Origin: Antechinus flavipes
Taxonomy: Eukaryota
Assembly: GCF_016432865.1 (NCBI RefSeq)
Contig: NC_067403.1
Location: 200,942,001-201,006,000, forward strand
DNA length: 64,000 nt
Reading direction: 5' to 3'
The translations under genes and the position numbers were made by a program. Below the pieces are notes generated by a model. That model made no database searches. It was not told where the DNA came from and saw only the letters and a program-made list of their open reading frames with translations. This document shows, in pieces, positions 33,401-60,224 of this stretch; position 1 is the first letter of the stretch, and every line of letters starts with the position of its first letter.

Positions 33401-36400
33401 GACCCGGCCCCAAAGGGGGTGGATTCTGGTTTTGGTCAGGCTATGCGGAAGAAGCATGTTTGAGAAGAGAAGGTTAAAGGCCTTTGGTGGACATCTGTCC
33501 TCTGTAGCAGATCGCTCCCTGCCTGGGGTCTTTGTGCAAGAAGAAGGGGAGGCCGGGGCAGCCAAGGCCAGGGGGGAGCAATGTTCCGAGCTCGGGGAGA
33601 GTCCGGCCTCGAGACCTGAGCAGGGGAGCTTGGGCTGGGGCGGCCAGAGCCTTCCGCGCAGCCATCCTCCCCTCTCCTCTCCTTCGGGCAGGTGGTCCAG
33701 ATCCTGGGAGAGAAGTTCCCCTGCGACTTGGTCCCACAGAAAATTGACTGTAAGTGCTCACCTTCCCATTGCAAAGCCGTGCTTTTGCCAGGCGCCCCCT
33801 CCCCCCAGCAGGTCGCTTGTCATGTGTGCGTGTTTCTGTTTTTCCTGAAGTGCCGGAATACCAGGGGGAGCCGGATGAGATTTCCATCCAGAAATGCCGG
33901 GAAGCGGCCAGACAGGTAGGGTCCTGGTCCTCCGTGGGTGGGGAGTGAAACAGGCAGCGTCTGGAGCACCAGGAGCAGGAGCTCTGCGGCATCCTCCAGG
34001 CCGAGAAGTTGGCCCCCGAGTCTGCGGCCAGAGTCAGGGCCCAGCCCCGGGCCCCCTTCAGATCCCTGCCCCTCCTCTGCCCACAGACGGGCTCAGGGCT
34101 CTCCCCGGCTCGGCAGGGAGGGCCCAGGAGAGGCCCAGGGGCTGGCTGGGCCAGGGTCCCGGGAGACCTGGCTCCAAAGCTCCTCTGCCAGTTTGCCCAT
34201 CTGGAAAGTGGGAACGATTTTGCATTGCCCACCTCACCAGTCTGCCGTGAGGAGGGAGGCGTCTGCCCTTGTGGGCCTGGTTAAATGGCTTCAGGAGACA
34301 GTGGTCCTCCTCCCAGGCCTGTCTGCACATGGGCAGGTTCTGGTTCTGGAAGTCACGCCTGATGCCGTCTCCAAAGGCCCGCTTCTGCCCGTGACTGGGG
34401 GCAGTGCCCTGGGCGCCTCATCTCTGAGCAGCCCCAAAATGCAGCCTCCTGGCCCAACCCCGAGGGCTGGGCTGCCCCTCCCTCCCCACGGAGGGAGCGA
34501 CAGGTTCCATGGGCTCTTGTCTTTAGAGTGAGTCCCCCAGGCTCCCCAGGGCCGTGTCTGTGCTGGAGCCTGGATCATCGGGGGTACTCGGGTGTGAGCT
34601 GTGGGACGCGCGGGGTGTGACGGGGCTGTCTCGGTCCCGCAGGTCCAGGGGCCGGTCTTGGTGGAGGACACCTGCCTCTGCTTCAACGCCCTGGGGGGCC
34701 TCCCGGGCCCCTACATGTGAGTAAGCAGGAAACTGGTCCCCAGCAGCCCCCGGGGAGGGGGGTGTCGCCCTCTGCCCTGGGTCAGTGTTCAGAGCCAGAA
34801 AGGAGCGAGGGGTCCCCAGGCCTTTGTCCAAGGTCAGGTGACGGGCGCTGCTGAGCCATCTGGATCTTTGGCCCAGACCCTGGGGGGAAGGGGCAGGTCT
34901 TTCCCTTTCCGTCTCAGGCCCTTCTCAGAAGCAGCTGCGCCTCTGATCCTCCTGGCCTGTTCTCTCCCCCAACCTTCCTGAGGGGGTGAGGCGGCAACCC
35001 CAGAGATCGGGACTCGGAGGGAACCCGGGGTCTCCGCCCCTCTCCCCGGCCTTCTTTCTTCCTGGGGCAGAGACAGCCTTAGGGAGTCTCCTCCATTAGC
35101 CCGTGGGGCTTGTCAGGACCCGTGGGCCCGCTCCCTCTGGGCCTTGGTGTTCCCAGCTGTAAAATGACAAGACCCGGTGGTCTTTAAGACCCTTTTTAGT
35201 ATCTAGACATAGTTCCCTGCATTGCCTTGCCCTGGGATCCCAGATCCCCCTTCTTGGAAAGGCGTCCCTGAGGCACCCAGGCAGAGCAGCGCGCAGGTCA
35301 GATCCGCAGGCGAGAAACCGAGTTCGAACCTGTGTCAGACACTGCCCGGGGCCGGGACCCGGTACCTCAAGTGTGAACCGAGGGGGATGGCACCGAGCCT
35401 CCCAAGGAGATGCTGCGTGTGAGGCACTTAGCTCAGTGCCCGGCCCATGGTGGGCGCTACATCAATGTGCGCTGTTGCCATCGGGAGCCAGGAAAAAGCC
35501 CCCCTTGTGTCCACTGGTCCCCCACTCGTGACTGCTGTGAAGGGCTCCCGAGTCTGTGCCTGCCACCTGTAAGAGTTCTCCCGGATGGAGCCCCCGGCTG
35601 GATGTCAGGACCTCTCAGCCCTTCCTCTGACCCACCTTAGACAAAGTCCTTCCCACCCTCCTCCGTCACACGGAGCGCTGAGACCTGGTGCCGACCCCTC
35701 GGAGGGGCTGGGGAGGCCCTGCTCTGGGAGGCGTTGTGGGGGAGGGCCAAGAGGAAGCCGCTTCAGGAGAAGCCCTCGCGCAGGGAGGGGCGGCGGGACA
35801 GCCCCTTTGTCCGGCAGGGTCCCGCCATGGGCCCGCTTTGCCCGACATGGCCTTCAGTCTCCCTTCTGAGCCTCCTCTTTGTCTTGCAGAAAATGGTTTC
35901 TGGAGAAGTTAAAGCCCGAAGGTAAGGGGCTGGTTGAGAGGGGAGGGAGCTCTGGGGGATGGGGCCCGGGCTCGGCCCCCACTCTCCGGCTTGCTGGGGG
36001 AGCCCGGGGGACCGGGCCGCGGCCCTCCCGGCCTTATGGGAAGGCAGGTTCCACGGGCTGGCCCCGCTCTGACCTTTTGGGTCCTCGACTTAGGGCTCTA
36101 CCGCCTCCTTGCGGGCTTTGAGGACAAGTCGGCCTACGCGCTCTGCACCTTTGCACTCAGCACCGGGCAGCCCGAGGACCCCGTAGAGCTTTTCAAAGGC
36201 CAGACCTTTGTACGGGCACATGGGGGGGGCAAGAACGCAGGCAGGCCCGGGAGCGATTCCCAAACATACCACCAGGGGGCGACCTTCCCCTGGGCATGCC
36301 CCAGGCAGGAACGGGAGTTTGGGCAGAAAGGAGAGCTGAGCCAGGTGGGGCCGGGAAGAGAGAGGGGGCAGCTAGAGGGGCCCACCTAGAGACAGCAGTG

Positions 36401-37801
36401 GTGATCAAGAGCCAGGACCGGCGGGGCAGGTGAGGACAGCACAGGCGGAGGGGAGAGCTGCTTCTGGACTTTCTGGAGGCCGTTCCAGCTCCCGTTTTCT
36501 TTCTGCCCCAGGGCCAGATCGTGGAGCCCCGCGGTTGTCGGGACTTTGGCTGGGACCCTTGTTTCCAGCCTGACGGCTACGAGCAGACGTGAGTGGGGCT
36601 GAGCGGGGCCTGGGTTTGTGGGCGGCGCTGAGGCCGAGTGGGGGTCTGGGGCTCTGAGACGGTTCCTGGATCTTCTGCTGGCTCAGGAGCAGAAAGAGGC
36701 GTCTTATTTGAGCAGAGTGGGGAGGCATCTGGCTGCCATGTTTGAACAGTGGCCATCCCTAACATTGAGGAGTCGTCGTGATCCTTCACTCTCCTAAGCG
36801 AGTCATGGTCTGAAAACATCAGGGTTTGCAGGGATCTTCCATAGTAATCACTTAATCATTTATAGGGTTATTGGAGGAGAGGTCATGCAAGTTGGAACTG
36901 TGGCAGGCTGGGGCTAGAGCCCTGAGGTCTCTTTTTCTATAGAGCCTTAGGGGACTTGTCGGCTGGTTTTGGTGTGATGCTTCCTGAGGACTGGTGCTAG
37001 TGGGGCAGCTTTGCAGATGCCCATTTCCTCCTGAGCTCCCCAGTGGTCATTCACAGAGCCGCTGACCGTTTGCAAGCCCATCCTTCATGGCTGGTCTTTG
37101 GCTGAACTGACCCTAATGTTTTCAAGTCTTTCCCCCCAAAAGTCCACCTTGGAAAGAAAATGCTCACACCCCCCAGGCCCGGGGTGCCCAAGCAGTGTTC
37201 ACAGGGCTGCTGCGAACAAACCCAGATTTCTGGCAGATTACACTGAACAAGAGCGCTAAAGACACTAAAATGGGCAGAGGAACTTGTAGTTGTGCGGTAG
37301 AAAAGAAAATTCTGTTTCCCTAAATCTGTACATCTTCAGACTTAAGTGTGGTGTGGTTGATGCAAAGCAGCCTCGGACTTGCGCCAAATCCTGCTTCCAA
37401 AACCAGCTTCATGGCCTTCTCTGAGCCCAGCGAGTTCTCTTGTTTGTAAAATGGGAAAATAATCCTCTCCCTCCCAGCCTCCTAGTTGTTACAAGGAAGG
37501 TTCTTTGTCAGCCTCAAAGCATTTGAGAAATAGTTCTTAGTAGTAATAACAGTGGGCCCACCCTGAGGGAAGCGGCAGGGTCTGTATGGACTGCTGCTCC
37601 TCACTGGGGGTCATCCTCTGTCTCTGAGGTCTCTCCCCCTCCCCCCCGTACAGGTATGCCGAGATGCCCAAAGCTGTAAAGAACACCATCTCTCACCGGT
37701 TCCGAGCCCTCCGTGAGCTACAGAGCTACTTCCTGCAGCCGGGCTCCCCGAGGGCCCAGGAGGGAGTGCCGCAGCGAGGGGAGGGGGAGGGGGCGGCATG
37801 A
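32197..37801 (+). CDS. ITPA: Inosine triphosphate pyrophosphatase (ITPase, HAM1 family), 211 aa
   Basis: Coding exons (+): 32197-32262, 33692-33749, 33851-33915, 34643-34716, 35890-35921, 36094-36209, 36512-36588, 37654-37801. Total 636 nt, GT-AG. Motifs: [69 protein letters not shown]. Confidence 0.97.
32896..33057. repeat. 54-bp tandem repeat, 3 copies
   Basis: GCGGGATCGGTGAAAAGTTAATTAGGATTAATAAGAAATTAACTGGAACCAAAA at 32896, 32950, 33004. Confidence 0.95.
35270..35468 (+). mobile_element. MIR-type SINE, GC-enriched
   Basis: B box GAGTTCGAACC; tail GGCACTTAGCTCAGTGCCCGGCCCATGGTGGGCGCT. Confidence 0.6.
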
Positions 37802-38705
37802 AGCGCCTCAAGGACCGGGTGGAGGGGCACGTGGGCCCTCCTGGATAAAAGTATTTCATTGATTCTTGCGGGTGGTGTCTGTCTTCTGAGAGATCACACC
37901 TCCAGATGCTGCATTCGGTCTTGGGATGACATATTTGAGGAAGGGAATTGACAGCCCGGCCAGCGTCCAAAGGAGGCCATGCCAAATGATGGAATTGGGG
38001 ACATTTAGGCCAGAAAAGTCAGGACCACCTGAATAGCTTATCTTCCAAAGAGTGGTCATGGGAAGGGATTGTGAAATAGGCCATTTTTGCCAGTACACTA
38101 AAGGTGGCGCTGGGCCAGATTTTGGCTCTAGGGAAAGAGTGGAAGGTGAGGTCGGCAGGCTGGGTAAGCACTGTCAGGGCCATTGTGGAGAGCCTGTCTC
38201 GGGGTGGGGAGAGTAGGATGAGTGGACAAGTCCCTTCCAGTTCTTCAGTGGGATTTGAAGGAGTGGGATGGAGGTTCTTCCCCATGGCAGCCCCAACCCT
38301 ATCCAGGATTAAAATAGAGATTTCAGGGGAAGGAGGGAACTCTACGGAGGCTCTTACTGACAAGCACCAATGAGTAAAGACCCCGATGTCTGAGAATTTC
38401 AGTGAAGACCCAGGCAAGGTCTTGCTGGGAGTGTCTGGTGGGTTCCCTCCACCGTTTACACAGCCAGCCCTTTGTTCATGTGCAGGCGAGGCTGATAGGG
38501 CAGCCCTGTGAGCTCTCCATTGGAAAGTGCTCCGAACCATGTGAATGCCACCCAACTCGGGTTAACCCTTCCAACCCGAACTGAAGCCCTCCTTGATCCC
38601 CTTCCTCTCCCCAGATCCTTTTTAGCAAAGGCACGACTCAGGGTGTCCTCCCTTCCCCCAGAAGTAGAGAAGGGGGAGGCTGCAGGTAGAAGTGTAGAAA
38701 CAAGC

Positions 38706-38711
38706 TTTATT
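38706..38711 (-). terminator. Candidate SLC4A11 polyadenylation signal AATAAA
   Basis: TTTATT on + strand, about 820 nt past the stop; the only canonical hexamer seen between SLC4A11 and ITPA. Confidence 0.65.
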
Positions 38712-39531
38712 CTCTGCAATGCTCACAGCGAGTTCCTTATACAATCAAGGAAATCATTTCTCTTCCAGTAGTGACTCTTTTATCAAAAGAAAATCCACAC
38801 TGCTCAGCTTGGAGTCCCCCAGGCCTGCAATGGGAGACCTAGTTCTTGGGCCCAGCCCCTGCTCCTATGAGAGGGTGGAGGGTACGCGCACATGTGCTTG
38901 CACGGAGCCCACCAGCCTGTGCTGCCAGGAAATACTACTCTGGCTGGGGTTTCCCTCTCCCTGTCCAGAGGGGAGGGGAGGGGAGGGGAACCCCCTCGGC
39001 CTGGGCCTGCAGGACTGAGGGACGTTCACCCAGGAGCCCAAGGAAAGTAGGATGTGCATGCGTGGCCAAGCCCAAATGATGGGAAGCATAACTGATTGTC
39101 AAAGGCAAAAACCCTTCGGGCGCAGTGCGCCCATGCAGCCGCAGCGCGAGGGCCCAGGATGGCGCCCTGACCGCTGGGCCCGCTGGCGCCCCCGCTCTCT
39201 GCCACATGGGGACTTAACTCACATGAGCTGCCCAAAGCCTTACTCCCGGGCTGGGGGCTGGGAGGGGGGAGGGGAGCAGAGGCAGAGGAAGGCCCGTCCC
39301 TCCCAGCGCCCCCTAGAGCAGCCTGGCCTCGGGGAACCCTGGGAAGCAAAGCCCTTGGGGAGGGACAGATACAAAGAGAAAATCAGCTGTGGAAAAGAAT
39401 CAGAGACAGAGGTAGAGACTCGAGGGGCTCAGGATGGGAGGGTGGGCAGAGAAGCGAAGCAGCGCAGCTCCACCTGAGCCAGGGCAGCGGGGCGCCCGAG
39501 GGCGGAGGCCAAGACTTGGGTCAGGGGCTCC

Positions 39532-55430
<15,899 letters not shown>

Positions 55431-57869
55431 AGCTGCAGGTGGAGTCTCTACAAAGAAAAGAGAAAGGGGATCAACAGGAAACCTGAGCCGCCGTCTTATC
55501 CTAACTGATCCTGGGGGGGGGGGGGGTGCCAGGCAAGGCTTCCAGGAAGCTCTGCTCTTAGCCCTGTCTCCCACCCTCGGAGACCTTACAGATACCTCGG
55601 CCAGGTAGAGCCCCCCCACCCCATCTTTGTGTGAGAGTGGGATTAATGGACGTTTCCTGCTTCTCCCAAAGAGAATGAGTGAGTGCCCTCCCCAGGTAAG
55701 AGGCACTCCAGCCCTCTTCTCTCAGGGTCAAACCAAGGACCCTGCTCCAGCCCAGGCAGTGTAACCGTACCAAGACTAGGGACTGATCCCAAGTCCTCTA
55801 GAACTCGAGACCTTCAGGTCAGATTAGTAGGACCAAAAACTGTCCTCGGGATGCAGTGGCAAAGAGGAAGGCCTTTCTTGGTCAGTTACTTCTTCCAGAT
55901 GGGGGCCTGTCTCTTGCTCAGCTTTTGGATAAGTTTTCTCCCTCCATCAACCCCTCCTTTCTTCCTTCTCCCTCCCTTCTCCCCGCCCCCCAACTCCACC
56001 CCTTTCAGACTGGGCTCCCTCTCTGAGGGGCAGAGATGGAGAAGGAAAATTTCTGCTTCTTGCCTTTGTCCCAGGAGCGGGATGGAGGTGGGGGTGGGCA
56101 AACAGATTAAATTCTCTCTGGGAGTGGAGGATGGGAGGTCACATTCTCTGCATGTCTCTCTCCCAGAGTTAATAACAATTCTCAGAACAGGAAGGGGGGG
56201 GTGAGCTCCCGAATAAGTGAAGGCCACGGAGGGAGGGTGCTGCAGCCCCCATCTCTACCCTTCCTACTAGCAACATTCAGTGCCCCTTATTGCCCTTATT
56301 GCACGGGGTGGGGCAGGGAGCAATAATGAATGGCTTGCACCTATGCTTGAGCCAAGGAGAGACAGAGACACATATACACACACACACTCTCTCACTCCAA
56401 AAAATCAGTCCTTTCCATTTACTGAGCAAGGCACGCACAGGGCTTGTGTCTTTGTGTATTCTCCAAGGGTTTCAACATGTCTTTGAAGTCTGGAAGGATT
56501 GTTTGTACCTATTTGTGTTTCTGGGATTTTCATCTTCCCATTTTTCTCCATCACTTAGGGGAAGGGAAGGGGGGAAGGGGTTAACTTGGCAACTTAGTGA
56601 GTAATAAAAATATGATGTCAAAGACTCCCTCCCTACCTGGAAGAATCCAAGACTCATTACAGTGAGCCTGGTGCCTGGGAAGCCTGAGAAAAATTCAAGC
56701 AACCACGCTGAAAGGAAAAGGAAAAAGAGTAGCACCTATAGGAGCCATTGTTTTCCATCAAGAAGGATGTAAAGAAAAGGAGGTTAGGCTGTTCTCTGGG
56801 GAAATGAGAGTGGTACATTTGAGAAGGGCTACATACACTCAACCCATAAGGGTGTGAAAATGAGATTTGCCATAGAACGAGGAAAGGGGAAAGGGTATGT
56901 GAGTAGTGGGGGATGGCAGGACACACATATCACAGAGGGGGCAAGAAGAGGAAAAGAAAAGGCCGAGTGGCTTCTTGCAGACAAAGTGTAATGTACTTGA
57001 ATTTTCTCAGGATCAGTGGACATGGGCGTTTTAAGAATTGGACATTGGACAGGTGACAGGGCAGGATGGTCCAACCCTGAGCAACCTAGGCAGACAAGGA
57101 GAGAAGGCACAGCAGGAGGCAGAACCAGTGTCTTTCCCTAATCAATAACCATTGGAGCAAAAAACAGAAGTAAAAGAGGGAAACTAAGGCAACCAAGTTC
57201 CAGTTCAGAATTAATTCCCAGAATTAATCCCTAGCACAAATTATAGACATTCTTCTTCACCAGATCTGTGTCCCAAAGCTGGTGTTAGTTTGCATGTATA
57301 TCTGCCAAACTCTCCCAGAATTAACTGCTCCCTTCAGTCCTCCAAACTTTGCATCAGCCAGTTCTAGTCCCAATCTTGGTTCCATATTCTTATCCTAGAC
57401 CCTAACCCTGTCTTCAGTACCATATGGTCATAGGATGTAGAGTAAGAAAAGATCTAAAGGATGATCTTATTCTACCCATTTTATAGATAAGGAAACTGAG
57501 TTCCAGAGAGGTCACACAAATTTTTCAGTCTCACAGTAAGTCAGAGAGAATGGATCAAAATCCAGCTCCCCTCTTCTTTCCTCTATACCACACTGTATCC
57601 TTTACCCCAATTCCCTAGATCTCTGGTCCTGTTTACACACCACACCTGCTCCCTTCATCCACTCTCCAGATCTATTCCATATGCTTCTACATCTGCTCCT
57701 TTCACTATTCATCTTCCAGACCTCTGCTCCTAAGTAACTGTCCCATCATTTAGTCCCTAGATCCTCTCCCTGTCTCAGCCCAGCTCACCATTGTCAGGAT
57801 TGAAGGGATTCTCCGATTGCTCCCTGAGGTGAGCGCCTCTTCCTCTCTGCACTGCCTGCTTCCAGGATT

Positions 57870-57872
<3 letters not shown>

Positions 57873-57913
<41 letters not shown>

Positions 57914-58068
57914 TGTGTGTGTGTGTGTGAAGGCTAGCGGTGTGGAGGATTTCTGTACCAGCTCCCCCCATTTTGCCACCCAGTCTGGAGGTGGGTCTAT
58001 GTGTATCTCTGACTCTCTGTGTGGGCAGGATGGTTTATGTGAGCCTGCAGTGAGCTGCGGTGTGAGAG

Positions 58069-58115
<47 letters not shown>

Positions 58116-58250
58116 AAAGAGAGACAGAAGGAAAGGGAGGGAGGCACGAAGGGATGGAGAGGGAGACCAGAGAGAGAGAAAATACAGAGACACAGAGAGA
58201 GAGAGGAAGGGAGGGAGAGGAGAGAAAGAGACAGAAAGAAGCAGAGATAG
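57873..58250. repeat. Two (GT)n tracts (about 57873-57928 and 58071-58111) followed by GA-rich low complexity
   Basis: Direct reading. Confidence 0.9.
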
Positions 58251-59553
58251 AAACAGATGCAGGTGCCCATTCGGAGGGCTGTTTGCGCGGAAGCGTCAGG
58301 GTGGGGAAGGAAACAGCGTACACTAAAATGAAAGTGACCGGGACTGAGGTGTTTGGGGACCCTGGGTGCTCTCCAGCTGAGCCTGGAAGCCTCAGGGCAT
58401 GAGGATGGGGCAAACGTACTAAGATTATGCCGGAGAGTGGCCAGACGGAGGCCAGCTGGACCCTCCCTGCCCAGTTCCTGGTGGCCACCTGCCTGCCCAC
58501 ACCTCCAGGTGAGGGCTCAGGAGCCCGTGTAGTAGACCGATTCGAATTAGAAACTGCAAATCCTAGCTAAGCTACTTCCCAGCTAGGTGACCAAAGCCAA
58601 GTGACTTAATTTCTTTAAACCCCATCTATCTTAATCCGTAAAAAGAAGAGTTGGGATCAGACGATCCCGCGGGTTTCTACCAGAGCTACCTTTTGGGCTC
58701 CCGTTCCCGGCAGCCCCATTCCCTGGGAGCAGTGATGCAAATGCACACGGTCCCCGGGGAGTGCAGAAGCGAGAACGTCTGAACAGCCTTCAGAGGCATT
58801 ACGAGCCCACAGGGACCCCGGCTTCTTTGCAGACGGACAGGAAAGGGAGTTTGCTGGGGGCTCAAACTATACCATTCCGACCAAGAGTGGAGAGCCCGAG
58901 AGCTCAGGGAAATCAGTAAGTGGGGGTGAACTGGGGTGCTCTTGAATAGATTTCGGAGTGTATTGTTCTGTGCGATTTACCTCCGGATTCTCAACTCCCT
59001 CCAAGAAACCCTCCCAGGGTAACAGCCTCCAGGCACCCGCCTCCCTCCCTCTTCAGCAGCACCCCCCCCCTTAGAAACTAGTGCACCTTCCGTCAAGCCC
59101 CGGGGGATCTCTATTTCTGTATCTACCATATATCTGGGTTCAGCCCGTGCGTTGGCCTGGGGCGCCCGGACTCCCCGAAGGCGGCGGAGCCAAGGCCACG
59201 GAACGGGGGTGAGCAGCAGCTGGTTCTCGCTTCCTCAACCGTCCCTCAAGATCAGAGCAAATGGGGCCACTGGGAGCTCGGCCTCTGAATTGGGGTGAAG
59301 TCGGCGGCTCCTCGCTCGGGGCTTGGGCGCTGAAAGGAGCCGCAAACCGACCCCAGGCCTCAGTGGGCAAGAGGACCGACCCCCAGAGCCAGCCCTTCGC
59401 CATCCGCGTCCACCCCTGCCCCCAACCGACGGCTGCAAACGGGCATCCCGGGCTCCCGGGGCTCGCCCGCCCGCCCCTGCCCGGGATGCTTTTCCCCGCG
59501 ACTGCGGGCCCTCAGTTCCCCCAGCATCTCCCCGCCCCACCCCCGGCGCTCAC

Positions 59554-59760
59554 CGCACGGCTGGAGGTGGAACACCCGCCTGGCTGTCCTGGGCCCCTGC
59601 CTGCCGGGTCAGCCCATCGCCCGGGCGGCTCTGGGCCGGGACAGCGGCGCGCGACTCGGCGGCTCTCCTCCAGCGCCCCGCGATCGCACCAGTCTGACCC
59701 GAGCTCTAGAGCTCCCGAGCTCCAGGCCGGCTGAGCGGGGAGGCGGAGGCGGGAGATCTA
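59554..59760 (-). other. SLC4A11: Upstream (first) exon of SLC4A11, homologous to the human exon encoding MAAATRRVFHLQPC; 5' end approximate
   Basis: Reads ...GCC AGG CGG GTG TTC CAC CTC CAG CCG TGC G|gtgagc (donor after 59554). Phase 1 joins the 55447 exon in frame (RRVFHLQPCETPPAAMAQNGY). Lies in a CpG island. No ATG at the human start position. Confidence 0.8.
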
Positions 59761-59820
59761 CCAGCCTCGAGACACACCCCCGGCCCGCCCGGCCCGCCTA
59801 GGAGAGGAGGGGAGGGGGCC

Positions 59821-59822
<2 letters not shown>

Positions 59823-59869
<47 letters not shown>

Positions 59870-59870
59870 C
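59823..59870. repeat. (GT)20(GC)4 tract
   Basis: Direct reading. Confidence 0.92.
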
Positions 59871-60189
59871 CCGCGCGTTCCAGAGTGTATCTGGATCTGT
59901 GGGAGGTGGGGGGGCTGAGGGGGGGTTATTGGCGGCCATTGCCACACTCCCTGCTATGTCCGTCTGTATGTAAGGCCACGATGGTAAAGGGGGAGGAGGG
60001 CCCAGTGTTTGTGCGATGTATGTGTTGGGGGGGAAAGGGGAGGGAGGTTGTGGTCCCTTTGCATTGTGTGTCTATGCATGGAGTGTGTGACCACCGTGCT
60101 GCGTGCGTGTGCATGGGGGGGAGGGGGAGGGATATGAGACTACACCGCTATTTGTGTGTTCGGGAGAGATGTTGTCCCCACACCGCGGG

Positions 60190-60222
<33 letters not shown>

Positions 60223-60224
60223 CG
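60190..60224. repeat. (GT)12(GC)5 tract
   Basis: Direct reading. Confidence 0.92.

Noticed and set aside
55448-55706. Open frame 5' of SLC4A11 exon 2 as a human isoform-B-like N-terminal extension
   Set aside because: The ORF-track start is GTG with no in-frame ATG; the sequence before 55447 is a clear polypyrimidine tract plus AG; no convincing similarity.
59609-59611. Selenocysteine recoding of the in-frame TGA
   Set aside because: No SECIS-like element recognised in the 3'UTR and no selenoprotein precedent in the SLC4 family.
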